Positions 31,682 to 41,456 of a stretch of 64,000 nucleotides of DNA are shown one piece after another. Below the pieces are notes generated by a model that ran no database searches, was not told where the DNA came from, and was given only the letters and a program-made list of their open reading frames with translations. Location: positions 4,518 to 68,517 of the forward strand of contig CAZDBT010000001.1 of NCBI GenBank assembly GCA_964503795.1, in the 5' to 3' direction. Each line of letters starts with the position of its first letter. The first letter of the stretch is position 1. The translations under genes and the position numbers were made by a program. The DNA comes from an uncultured Candidatus Saccharibacteria bacterium (lineage in GTDB: Bacteria; Patescibacteriota; Minisyncoccia; UBA6257; WO2-44-18).

Positions 31682-32471
31682 GAGCGTCCACTTCGTTCTG
31701 GACCTGCTGTTGCTGGAGCCCGGTAATTCCCGATAACTTCAAGAACCGGTTGAAATATTCCAACGCCTGCTCTTTATTCTGGACGGACTTATAATAAAAC
31801 CCGAGCTGAAGAAGCAAATTGGGATCGGCAGGTAAAACTTTCAGACCAGCCAGCAGAACATCATCTATCTGGTCGGATTTTGCTTTGTAGAAATCACGGT
31901 AGAATTCCGCCAAACCAAGGTAAGTATAATCGGAATTAGGGTCAAGCTTTAAAGCTCCTAGAAAATTTTGCTCCGCCTTTTGATTATCCCCCAAGTAAGA
32001 GGCGTACAAATTTCCGAGGTTGTAACAGTTGAGGGCGTTGCTGGGGTTGAGTAATTTGGCATACTCCCAAGCATCCCGGACACCGAAAAAATTATCAAAA
32101 TTCTTCTTCACTAATCCGATGTCCATCCAATTGGTTTCATCGGTCGGATCGGCCTCAACCAATTTGATGATGTCAGCCAGTTGATTCCGTTTCTGCTCCA
32201 CAAACTCGGCGGGGTATTTGGCTAAAATTTGCGGATCGCCTAAAAATTTCAAAGCCTGCCCACTATATTTTTTAGTGGTGGCGGGTTTGATAGAACCTTG
32301 GCTGACTGGCGGCGGCGCGAGCAAAGATCCGGTAGATGGCGTAGCGGAAGCAAGGTCGTCCGGATTACTTCCGGCAACTGGAGAACTTCCACGATGAACC
32401 ACCGAATAGACCGCAGTCGCGGTTACGGCCAATAATCCAAAAACGCCGACGGAAAGTAAGATTTTCTTCAT
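31671..32471 (-). CDS. Exported TPR-repeat protein
   Basis: N-terminal signal/TM segment; TPR-like repeats (YNLGNLY...AEQNFLGALKLDP). Confidence 0.7.
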   Translation of the reverse strand: MKKILLSVGVFGLLAVTATAVYSVVHRGSSPVAGSNPDDLASATPSTGSLLAPPPVSQGSIKPATTKKYSGQALKFLGDPQILAKYPAEFVEQKRNQLADIIKLVEADPTDETNWMDIGLVKKNFDNFFGVRDAWEYAKLLNPSNALNCYNLGNLYASYLGDNQKAEQNFLGALKLDPNSDYTYLGLAEFYRDFYKAKSDQIDDVLLAGLKVLPADPNLLLQLGFYYKSVQNKEQALEYFNRFLKLSGITGLQQQQVQNEVDALSR

Positions 32472-32499
32472 AGATTTAAAAACATAGAAATCTTAACCC

Positions 32500-32533
32500 A
32501 ATTCAAAACCCCCCGCAAGGGGGGTTTTGAATT
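32500..32533 (-). terminator. Strong hairpin/terminator after the surface-protein gene
   Basis: AATTCAAAACCCCCC-GCAA-GGGGGGTTTTGAATT, a perfect 15-bp stem. Confidence 0.75.
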
Positions 32534-32572
32534 CCTAACAGATCTCAAGATGTCGGTTGCCCGACAAACCCG

Positions 32573-35500
32573 TTAGAGACCGAGTACGACCGCAAGACCA
32601 GTGTCGCCGTTGGACAGTCCAGGGACTAAGAATCCGTTGAACCAGTCGTAGTCAACAATGCTCTGTGAGGTATTAGTGGCGTTACCGGACCAGATGAAGT
32701 CATCATCATCTCCAGCATCCACATTGGCAGCCGTGGTTGCGAAGATATAACGACCAGAGGACCAGTCATCACCACCCGAGGTCAGATCTAAGCCGCCTTC
32801 ACTGACGCCCGTTGTTCGATCACCCAAGCTTCCAGTTGAATTATTCAAGCTGGAGAAGGTCGCATCGCCGTCCATCTTGGTAGAGATAGATGGGGTGCTC
32901 GTGCCACCAGTTGCATCTGCGATCAGAGCAAAATACTTGGTAGTACCAGCCGAGACGCGGATAGCTTCAGCGGTAGAACCGCCGGTAGCATCAGTTGGAT
33001 TGAACAAGACGCTTACCCTCGGCGAAGTAGAGCTGTACACCGGGGCATTGGCGTTATCAGCTCCTAGCCGATCGTGAGACGCATTGGCCAAGCCTCCTTG
33101 GTTCAAGAGACCAGAGTTATCAAACGTGTTGCAAGACGGAGAGGAAAATCCGGAATCCGAATAGCAATACAGTCTGAAGTTGGTCACCTTGAAGTTCGCT
33201 GGATGCTGAGCGCCGTCGTTAAGCTCGGTGCTGCTAGTAGCAACCTCAAAAGTCATCTTGTATAAGCTCACACCGTTGCCGCTCGAAGGAGCAGATACGG
33301 AGAACTTGTATAAGGTTTGATTGGTGTTATTAGCAAACTTGCTCGTCCCTAAATCAAGTTTAGAGATAGTCGGAATGCTTCGGGCAATTCTTGCGCCATT
33401 GGAAGCCGAGTCCGAACCACCAGAACCGATCGTGAGACCGGAAGATAGTCCTACGCCGACAGCGCCAGTATTGGTTTTGTCGGAGCTGTTATCCGCGTCG
33501 TAGTTCACGACCACTAAGTGGCCAGGTCGAGCAGCCAATCCGATGCCGATGTTCCCAATGTCACCCTTGATCGTCAAGAGCACTTGGTCATCCTTCGGAA
33601 CAGTCACGCCAGTCAGGGTAGCAGTCGCGAAATCGCTCGCGCTAAAGACTGCTTCGCCGACTTTAGTAGAACCATTCCAAACAGTGACCTTGCTCAAGTC
33701 GTTCGGGGTGTTGGAAGCCATACCTCCATAAGCAACACCGTTGCCGGTGGAAGTAGCGATCTGCAAACCAAGGGTGTTCACGCTGATCGCCTCATTAGTG
33801 GCATTCAATCGCAGGACAGCCAAGGTGTTATCCGTGGTGCCGGCTTGGAGCCACTTCAAGGACGGACTGGAAGAATCCAGGCTTATAGCCAAACTACCAC
33901 CGCTGGCAGCCGTAATTATGCGGCCGTTGTCAGTAGTGCCGGTTTCGGTAATAGATTGACCGGAAACCGCGCCATTACTGGACACGTTGGTGGCAATGCT
34001 CGCAATACCCCAAGACCACTGGCCGCCAAGCTTAGCGCCGGAGATCAAGTTACATTTCATAGAAAGTATCTTGATGGTGCCCTTTGCAAGGGTCATCGGC
34101 GTATCAAGCGAGAAGGTAGAGTCTAATGGAGAAGTGTCGGAGTTGGTCGGATTAATGGTGTTAGTACCAGTAGTCAAAGCAGTCGCGCCATCCCACAGCT
34201 GACAATTAGTTAGGTCATCAGCTGAATTGGAGCCGCTGAAAGTGAGACGAAGCTTCATTGAATTCAGCTTCACATCTTCACCGGAACCGCTAGCATCTAG
34301 GACGTACCTGGTAAACTCATAGCCGTTGACTCCAGCTACCACGGTCTGGGCAGTAGAACTGCCAGTGCCAGAATTGGTGTTGGAATCCAAAGTAACAACC
34401 AATGCGGCGGCCCGAACAGTCATCGTGTTGGTAGTTACGGCGCTGGCCGGGGTCGGAGTAATGCTTACTCCGGAAACCGTACCTCTAACCGTAGTCCAAT
34501 CAGAACTTGGTGTCGTGGAAGCAGCTACAGTGTCGCCATTCGAGAAGTCGGTGTTGTACTTACCTTTTAAGGTGTAGGTATGACGGCCAACTTTGAAGGT
34601 AACAGTGTCGCTGAAGCGGATGGCATTATTGCCACCAGCTACTCCATCAACCGGACCAGCTACTACGGCGCCATTTTCGTCTACCAAAGTGATATTGGTG
34701 ACATCGTTGGTGTCGATAGTACCGCCAGTTCCGGCAGACTCAATGGTAGCCGCATCAAAATTCATTGCAGCAACGGTGATATCTTCACCTTTTACGTCAA
34801 CGACGATGCCCCCCAAAGGCTGGTTAGGCAAGTTGATGGCTACATTTTGAGCGCCGACAGTTGTGGCGTTCTGAACGCTGATGCTGCCAGTGCCGATCTG
34901 CACCTGATAAGCATCAAACCGAGGCTCGGACGCATGGAACAAACCATCATCAGCCGCTGAGCCAGTTTCACTAGCCGTCGGAGAGAGGGAATATCCATAA
35001 GTCAGACCGGTAACCTGAAGATCCTCGTAGCGGTACAGATCAAAGTCAACAGTTCGGTTAGAACCATTAACCACATCGCCCTGTACGTGGAGCTCCTTGT
35101 TGAGGCCTTTCTCGATCTTTATGCCAGAACCGAATTTGGCAGTGTAGTACTTACCATCGGCGCTAACCATGGTGTCATAACTGACGCCATCGAGAACGAT
35201 CTTAACATTAGCCAAGTCGCTAGCCGCGGCAGAACCGGATTGGTTCAAACGGATAGACTTAACCAATACATCTTCATTGGTACCTGCATTTAATCTCAAG
35301 CCGGTAAAGCGATATCCCACGGTGCCGACTTCTTTAGTCTGGCCGGATCCTGGGTCATAAGCGCCTCGAGCAAGAGTTACGCTGCCGATAGACAATGTAG
35401 AATTCACGGTCATTAAGTTGCCTACCATCGGGTAGGAAGCGTTAACCGCGGAAGAACCAGAGACTTCCACGCCTACCAAAGCCAAAGAAACTAATTGGCC

Positions 35501-36331
35501 AGCATAAGCGTCTTGGTCACTGTCGGAATCGCCGGCAAGAGTGATCGTACGGGTCTGGCCAGCTTTCACGACAAAGGAGTCGGTCAAGCGGGCGCGGTGA
35601 TCCGAACCGAAGGTCTTGGACGAACCAAGCCGAATGCCATCTTCATCCAGGTCTACGACTCCGGAGAAAGCGGCATCAGCGCCTTGGCCCTGTCTTTCCA
35701 CTGTCAAAGCTTTGACGGTTACGTCTCCATCAGCGGAAGCGCGGAACACCAACTTGGTGAACGGCCGGCTGGCGAAGGATTCGCCGAAAAGACCCGCAGC
35801 GGGTTGATCAGATGCTAAGGAAACGGTCAAACCAGAACCAACCGGAGTTGGAGCCGGAGTACCAGGAGGAACCGGAACGGCAGAGGCTGATAAAGCTGCA
35901 TATTTAGCCCGAGACTTCGGACCAAAATATCCTACTGCCGGAGCAACTCCATTGGCGGCTTGCCAAGAGGCAACCGCAGCGCTGGTTTTTGCACCAAAGT
36001 AGGTAGTTTCATAGCCAGAAGAACCAGCAGTGCCGGCAACGCCGACGATAGCATGGCCTCCATCATTCAAATACTTTTGCAAGCACATTACGTCATCTCC
36101 TTTTACACCCACGGTGAGGTCGCGAGTGAAATTGCAGGCAACGAAAGAAGGATTGCTACCACCAGCCAATTGTGACTGCAAGGCGGCAATCTGTGCTAAC
36201 AAAGCATTGATTTGGGCTTGCAAGTCGGTCTGCGCGTGAGCGACAGGAACCAACAGGGCAAAACCCGAAAGTGATGCAACGGTCGCCACTGAAATGGCGA
36301 TCGAGGCAAATTTCTTTGTTATATTTCCCAT
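32573..36331 (-). CDS. Large secreted S-layer-like surface protein with N-terminal peptidoglycan-binding domain
   Basis: Signal peptide (..VAHA-Q), LQAQINALLAQIAALQ coil, PG-binding motif FTRDLTVG..GDDV..LQKYLN...GYFGPKSRA, then S/T/G-rich beta-sandwich repeats. Confidence 0.8.
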   Translation of the reverse strand: MGNITKKFASIAISVATVASLSGFALLVPVAHAQTDLQAQINALLAQIAALQSQLAGGSNPSFVACNFTRDLTVGVKGDDVMCLQKYLNDGGHAIVGVAGTAGSSGYETTYFGAKTSAAVASWQAANGVAPAVGYFGPKSRAKYAALSASAVPVPPGTPAPTPVGSGLTVSLASDQPAAGLFGESFASRPFTKLVFRASADGDVTVKALTVERQGQGADAAFSGVVDLDEDGIRLGSSKTFGSDHRARLTDSFVVKAGQTRTITLAGDSDSDQDAYAGQLVSLALVGVEVSGSSAVNASYPMVGNLMTVNSTLSIGSVTLARGAYDPGSGQTKEVGTVGYRFTGLRLNAGTNEDVLVKSIRLNQSGSAAASDLANVKIVLDGVSYDTMVSADGKYYTAKFGSGIKIEKGLNKELHVQGDVVNGSNRTVDFDLYRYEDLQVTGLTYGYSLSPTASETGSAADDGLFHASEPRFDAYQVQIGTGSISVQNATTVGAQNVAINLPNQPLGGIVVDVKGEDITVAAMNFDAATIESAGTGGTIDTNDVTNITLVDENGAVVAGPVDGVAGGNNAIRFSDTVTFKVGRHTYTLKGKYNTDFSNGDTVAASTTPSSDWTTVRGTVSGVSITPTPASAVTTNTMTVRAAALVVTLDSNTNSGTGSSTAQTVVAGVNGYEFTRYVLDASGSGEDVKLNSMKLRLTFSGSNSADDLTNCQLWDGATALTTGTNTINPTNSDTSPLDSTFSLDTPMTLAKGTIKILSMKCNLISGAKLGGQWSWGIASIATNVSSNGAVSGQSITETGTTDNGRIITAASGGSLAISLDSSSPSLKWLQAGTTDNTLAVLRLNATNEAISVNTLGLQIATSTGNGVAYGGMASNTPNDLSKVTVWNGSTKVGEAVFSASDFATATLTGVTVPKDDQVLLTIKGDIGNIGIGLAARPGHLVVVNYDADNSSDKTNTGAVGVGLSSGLTIGSGGSDSASNGARIARSIPTISKLDLGTSKFANNTNQTLYKFSVSAPSSGNGVSLYKMTFEVATSSTELNDGAQHPANFKVTNFRLYCYSDSGFSSPSCNTFDNSGLLNQGGLANASHDRLGADNANAPVYSSTSPRVSVLFNPTDATGGSTAEAIRVSAGTTKYFALIADATGGTSTPSISTKMDGDATFSSLNNSTGSLGDRTTGVSEGGLDLTSGGDDWSSGRYIFATTAANVDAGDDDDFIWSGNATNTSQSIVDYDWFNGFLVPGLSNGDTGLAVVLGL

Positions 36332-36541
36332 TGTTTAATTTAACTTTTTTACTATCTTAATGTTTTTAATTGCTACTAAAAATTGTTTCCCGTCCCTTCC
36401 CAAGCGCTGATGCGCAGGAGAATCGACCACGAACCGAAAACCAATCTTTATTTCAAACCTTATGGGACTTATAAGTCTTATAGGACCTATAGGTCTTAAG
36501 TAATAACTGGGGATCTTTTTACTGTGAGGAATAAAAAAACT

Positions 36542-36557
36542 CTCCCAATTGTGGGAG
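36542..36557 (-). terminator. Terminator-like hairpin in the surface-protein upstream region
   Basis: CTCCCACAATTGGGAG followed by AG-T7 on the - strand. Confidence 0.55.
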
Positions 36558-36664
36558 GGCTGAAAATTACGGATTATAAGCAAACAGAACGTAAACTTAC
36601 CCGTAAATGACTCAGCCTCACACAAAGTCATTACACTAGTTATAACGAGGCTGTTTTTGTTTTA

Positions 36665-37306
36665 TTACGCCCTATTTTTGGCTGAATAATAGCTACCGGG
36701 ACCACCGCTACCAATGCGTTCAATTAGGCCTTGAGCGCAAAGTTTTTGCAGGTCATAACGCATTGTTCGCTCGCTGATATCCGGGAATGCGGCAAGGATA
36801 TCTTTTAGCGGCGCCCGCCCCTTGTCTGATTGCCGGATCTTTTCCAAAATTGCCGATTGCCGCATTGTTGCCGAAAACCCATTGCCGCTTCCGCTTTCTT
36901 CCGTGATCAAGAGCTCGGATGCGGCAATTCCAGAGGAATGCCGGATGTCCGCAAAGGTCTTTGCCGGATAATTTGCCGCATTTCCGGCATTTTGAAAAAC
37001 TTTGTCCAAATTCGGCAATCCATCGATTCCCAGTGTTTGCCGCATTGCCGCATTAACAGATTCCAACTCTCCTAAGATAACCTTGGCATTCACCGGCTCA
37101 ATTTCATAAAGCGCCTGACCGATCTTCAGAACGGCATCAATAGCAGACGACGTTTTTATAGCGACGTCAAAATTCTCGGAAGCAACTTCTTCCATGAAAC
37201 GAAAGGCCAGACTTTCAATGCTTTGTTTGAGTTGTTGACGACGGATCTGCGCCGCCACTCGCAAGAGGGCATAACAGATCTCTATGGATTTCTGGTTTGC
37301 AAACAT
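36665..37306 (-). CDS. Protein with C-terminal DeoR-like winged-helix DNA-binding domain
   Basis: RQSAILEKIRQ...LKDILAAFPDISERTMRYDLQKLCAQGLIERIG; start codon uncertain (TTG). Confidence 0.7.
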   Translation of the reverse strand: MFANQKSIEICYALLRVAAQIRRQQLKQSIESLAFRFMEEVASENFDVAIKTSSAIDAVLKIGQALYEIEPVNAKVILGELESVNAAMRQTLGIDGLPNLDKVFQNAGNAANYPAKTFADIRHSSGIAASELLITEESGSGNGFSATMRQSAILEKIRQSDKGRAPLKDILAAFPDISERTMRYDLQKLCAQGLIERIGSGGPGSYYSAKNRA

Positions 37307-37332
37307 TAAAAATTATATTAAGCTTTTGCTAT

Positions 37333-38172
37333 ATGAAAGTCAAAAAGGCCATCGTGCCGGTAGCCGGGTTGGGGATCAGAGTTATGCCTCTCACGTTGCA
37401 TCAGCCAAAAGCGATGATCGGTATTGTGGACCGACCGATCATTCATTACGTGCTGGATGAAATAGTAGCCGCCGGAGTCAGAGAAATAATCTTCGTTACC
37501 GGCCCTAATCAGCCAGAGTTTAAAAAATATATTAGCTACCTGGAAAGCAACCCCGAATGGCAAAAGCTAAAAGTGAAGTTTGAATTTGTCGTGCAGCAAG
37601 AACCATTGGGAAATGGCGACGCCGTTTATGCCGCCCGCTCCTTCATTAAAAATGAGCCCTTTTTGGTCTGCTTCGGCGATGACCTGCTGGCGGATAAAAA
37701 TCCCCCATTAAAAACCTTGGTCGGTTTGTTTCAAAAAACCGGAGCGCCGATAGTGACATTGGAACCGGTGCCCGGCCAATTGGTTTCCAGCTATGGCGTG
37801 GTCAGATCCATTCCATCCCCGTTGGCTAAAGACTTACACCTGATCACGGACGTAGTGGAAAAACCCGAGATCGGCAAAGCGCCTTCAAATCTGACGATCA
37901 TCGGAAGATATATACTGACACCGGCCATTTTTCAAGAGATCAAAGCGCTCTACCCATACCAAGGAAAGGAGATCGCGCTGGCCCACGCCCTGAAAAATTA
38001 CGCGGCCGGGGGAGATAAGTTGTATGGGTGGCATTTTCGGGGAAAAAGATTTGATGCCGGATCAAAGATCGGCATTTTAAAAGCCCAGGTGTATTTCGGC
38101 CTGCGACATAAAGACTTCGGACCGGAATTCCAGAAATATCTAAAGGCCCCAGCGGGAAAAGGCCAGAACTAA
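37333..38172 (+). CDS. galU: UTP-glucose-1-phosphate uridylyltransferase
   Basis: KAIVPVAGLG.R..P.T...PKAM, PLGNGDA, VVEKP, IIGRYIL, FDAGSK. Confidence 0.88.
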   Translation: MKVKKAIVPVAGLGIRVMPLTLHQPKAMIGIVDRPIIHYVLDEIVAAGVREIIFVTGPNQPEFKKYISYLESNPEWQKLKVKFEFVVQQEPLGNGDAVYAARSFIKNEPFLVCFGDDLLADKNPPLKTLVGLFQKTGAPIVTLEPVPGQLVSSYGVVRSIPSPLAKDLHLITDVVEKPEIGKAPSNLTIIGRYILTPAIFQEIKALYPYQGKEIALAHALKNYAAGGDKLYGWHFRGKRFDAGSKIGILKAQVYFGLRHKDFGPEFQKYLKAPAGKGQN

Positions 38173-38850
38173 AACCAGGAGCAGAACGAATATATTGATC
38201 AGGATCAGCGCCGATCTCTTGTTTAGTTCGCCCCGCAAATATTGGTCGCAAAAAGAAATAACCACGGCGTAAAACAGCATAGAGATGTTGGAGGCGCTGA
38301 CAAAACCAACCGGCAGAAAATTCGCCGCCCAAGCTATCTGGGAACTAAGAAAAGCGGTCAGCCAAAAAGCCAGCCGTTTTTTTAGAAAATCCTTGGACAA
38401 AAAAAGCAAAACGGAAAAAAGAAGCGGCAATGTCCACCAAAGGCTTCCTTGATCGTAATAAAAGAACATCAGGAAGGACGGGTAGGCCAAAGCGAAACTT
38501 AAGAACACGCGCCAGCCGCCTCTTTGGATAAGGATCAGGTCTTTAATGCCGATCAAGACATAGAAAAGGAAGGGAAAATAGACGACCGCAAAATAAAAAT
38601 CGATCGTATCCGTGAAGGTCCGGATGAACAAGATTGCGCTAAGTAATAACACAAAAAAGGTCCCGGCGAGCTCCAAAGTCCGGAAAAACGGCCTAAGATA
38701 GAGGAAGATGGAAACCGCTAAGAAAAACAGGATCGGAAGAGTAGAAAAACCACCCAGTTTTGCAAGAGCAAAAAAAGCGGCAAAAACGAGCGCCTTAAGC
38801 GCTAACGCTGATTGCGGATTCCGAAAAACCGATTTTAACTTTGTCACCAT
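38140..38850 (-). CDS. Hypothetical integral membrane protein
   Basis: 236-aa hydrophobic ORF with about 8 TM segments. Confidence 0.65.
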   Translation of the reverse strand: MVTKLKSVFRNPQSALALKALVFAAFFALAKLGGFSTLPILFFLAVSIFLYLRPFFRTLELAGTFFVLLLSAILFIRTFTDTIDFYFAVVYFPFLFYVLIGIKDLILIQRGGWRVFLSFALAYPSFLMFFYYDQGSLWWTLPLLFSVLLFLSKDFLKKRLAFWLTAFLSSQIAWAANFLPVGFVSASNISMLFYAVVISFCDQYLRGELNKRSALILINIFVLLLVLVLAFSRWGL

Positions 38851-41410
38851 CTTTAATTTCCCCGCCGATTATCTTATCGGCGAGCTTATCAAGGATCGTC
38901 TTTTGTATCAAACGGCGGATCGGCCGGGCTCCATATTCAGGATCAAATCCATTCTCCACGATATATTTACGGGCCGCCGCGTCTACATTAATAGTGATCC
39001 CCCGCTCTTTCAGGCGATCTTTCACCTCCTCTATCTGTAGATCGACTATCCTTTCTATTTCCTTTTTCGTCAAAGCATTGAAGATCACCACTTCGTCCAG
39101 TCGGTTCAAGAACTCCGGCTTGAAAGTGCGCTTCAATGATTCCGTAACCTTACTTCGGAAACCTTCCTCGGCCGTTTCCTGATGATTTTCATTGACCGAC
39201 GAAAATCCGATGTTCGACATAGCTTTAAAATACTGGCTACCAACATTCGAAGTAAGCAAAATTATCGAATTCTTGAAATTCACCATCTTGCCCTTACTGT
39301 CGGTCAGACGGCCATTATCAAGTATTTGAAGGAGAATATTAAATACTTCCGGATGAGCTTTCTCGATCTCATCAAACAAAATAAGACTATATGGACGGTG
39401 GCGCACCAACTCGGTCAACTGGCCTCCATCTTCAAATCCAACATAACCCGGCGGCGATCCGATCAATCGGGAAACCGAGTGCTTCTCCATATACTCGGAC
39501 ATATCGATCCGGATCAACGCCTTTTCATCGTTGAACATGAACTCCGCCAAAGCTTTGGCAAGCTCGGTTTTACCGACACCGGTCGGACCCAGGAACATAA
39601 ATGATCCGAGCGGGCGATCTTCATCGGAAAGTCCCGCGCGCGCGCGTCGCAAAGAACTGGCTACCGCCTTGATCGCCTCTTGTTGACCGATGACCCGTCC
39701 CTCCAAGGCATCTTCTATTCTAACCAACTTTTTGGCCTCGGATTCCAACATCCGACTGACCGGAATTCCGGTCCAGCGGGAAACCACCGCCGCGATATCT
39801 TCGGCATCCACCATTTCCTTGATAAAACCGGAGGATTTGGCGTGTTTCTTGGTAAAACTCTTATAATCTTTTTCCGCCTGGGGCAAACTGCCGTAAACGA
39901 TCTGCGCTACCGACTCCAGATCCCCCTCTCGTTCCGCTAATTCCGCCTGACGTTTCAGATCCTCAATTTTTTTCCGCAGGTTGTGCAAATTTTCAAAAGT
40001 TATTTTTTCCGCATGCCAACCAGCCGACAACTCGTCGTTCTTTTCCTTTAATTTTACGACTTGAGAATCAATGGCCTTCATTCGGCTTTTGCTTTTAGCG
40101 GAAGTTTCCTGGGCAATAGCCGATTTCTCTATCTCCAGCTTGGTGATCTCCCTTCTTATTTTATCCAGTTCCGCTGGCAGGCTTTCGGTCTCCAAGCGGC
40201 GGGCCGCGGCGGCTTCATCCATAAGATCAACGGCCTTGTCCGGCAAAAAGCGGTCGGTGATATAACGCGCGGCCAGATTGACTGCGGCCGTGATCGCCTC
40301 ATCACTGATCTGCAAACCATGATGCATCTCATATTTTTCCTTCAAACCGCGCAAGATCGAAACCGCGTCATCAGAGGTCGGCTCCTCAACCATGATCGGC
40401 TGAAAGCGCCTTTCCAGTGCCGGGTCCTTCTCAATATGACGCTGGTATTCCCGGATCGTAGTCGCTCCGATAGCGTGCAGCTCGCCCCTAGCCAACGGCG
40501 GCTTCAGCAGATTGGAAGCGTCGATTGCCCCTTCGGCGGCGCCGGCGCCTACTATCATATGTATCTCATCTATGAACAAAATGAGGCGGCCAGCCGAATT
40601 CTGGATCTCCTTAACGAAGGCCTTCAGGCGGTCTTCAAATTCACCTCGGAATTTCGTACCGGCGATCAGCGAACCAAGGTCCAACATGATTATTTCCTTG
40701 TCCTTCAAAGTTTCCGGCACATCCCCAGCCACAATTCTTTGGGCCAAACCCTCCACTATCGCGGTCTTGCCAACGCCGGATTCACCGATCAAAACCGGAT
40801 TATTTTTGGTGCGGCGACTTAAGACCTGGATCAGGCGGCGCAATTCTTCCTGCCGGCCGATCACTGGGTCCAGCTTTCCCTCTTTGGCGCGCTCGGTCAG
40901 ATTTACCGCGTATTTTTCCAAAACCTGGAATTTGCTTTCTGGAGTCTCGTCGGTGATCCGGGTTGATCCGCGAAGTTGCGCCAAAGCCCGGAAAGCCAGG
41001 TCCCGTTTCAGACCGGTCTTTTCCAACATTTTTTGAGCGGACGAGGTGGCATCAAGAATGCCCAACAGCAAATGTTCGCAGGAAATATATTCGTCTTTTT
41101 GAGAAATAGCGATCTTGCCGGCTTTTTCCAAAACCTGCATCAATTCCGGAGAAAGATAAAGTTGCCCGACATTGGAGGCGGTGAAGATCTTGGGCATCTT
41201 TTTCATTTCTGCCTCAACGTCACGCAAAAGATTTTCTACGTTCAAGCCGGCCTTGATCAACATCGGACGAACTAAAGTTTGCTCGTCTTGTAAAAGAGTA
41301 TGGAGAAGGTGAAGCACGCGAAATTCTCCATGATTCCGCTGCGCCGCCAGTTCCTGGGCGTTCTGAAGAGCCTCTTGGGCTCTGATAGTGAATCTATTAA
41401 AAGAAGGCAT
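38795..41410 (-). CDS. clpB: ATP-dependent chaperone ClpB
   Basis: Two AAA+ modules (GESGVGKT, GPTGVGKT) and a long coiled-coil M domain. Confidence 0.95.
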   Translation of the reverse strand: MPSFNRFTIRAQEALQNAQELAAQRNHGEFRVLHLLHTLLQDEQTLVRPMLIKAGLNVENLLRDVEAEMKKMPKIFTASNVGQLYLSPELMQVLEKAGKIAISQKDEYISCEHLLLGILDATSSAQKMLEKTGLKRDLAFRALAQLRGSTRITDETPESKFQVLEKYAVNLTERAKEGKLDPVIGRQEELRRLIQVLSRRTKNNPVLIGESGVGKTAIVEGLAQRIVAGDVPETLKDKEIIMLDLGSLIAGTKFRGEFEDRLKAFVKEIQNSAGRLILFIDEIHMIVGAGAAEGAIDASNLLKPPLARGELHAIGATTIREYQRHIEKDPALERRFQPIMVEEPTSDDAVSILRGLKEKYEMHHGLQISDEAITAAVNLAARYITDRFLPDKAVDLMDEAAAARRLETESLPAELDKIRREITKLEIEKSAIAQETSAKSKSRMKAIDSQVVKLKEKNDELSAGWHAEKITFENLHNLRKKIEDLKRQAELAEREGDLESVAQIVYGSLPQAEKDYKSFTKKHAKSSGFIKEMVDAEDIAAVVSRWTGIPVSRMLESEAKKLVRIEDALEGRVIGQQEAIKAVASSLRRARAGLSDEDRPLGSFMFLGPTGVGKTELAKALAEFMFNDEKALIRIDMSEYMEKHSVSRLIGSPPGYVGFEDGGQLTELVRHRPYSLILFDEIEKAHPEVFNILLQILDNGRLTDSKGKMVNFKNSIILLTSNVGSQYFKAMSNIGFSSVNENHQETAEEGFRSKVTESLKRTFKPEFLNRLDEVVIFNALTKKEIERIVDLQIEEVKDRLKERGITINVDAAARKYIVENGFDPEYGARPIRRLIQKTILDKLADKIIGGEIKDGDKVKIGFSESAISVSA

Positions 41411-41456
41411 TGTAGTTTTAACGGATTATACCACTAAAATATGAAATTTCAAGAAC

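Noticed and set aside
32877-36239. Many + strand ORFs within the surface-protein gene
   Set aside because: Antisense artefacts of biased codon usage
36461-36498. CRISPR array
   Set aside because: Units are 9 nt with no spacers, and no cas genes are in the window
38795-38850. 56-nt overlap of clpB and the membrane gene as a frameshift or recoding site
   Set aside because: ClpB looks complete; the overlap is more simply explained by start-codon uncertainty
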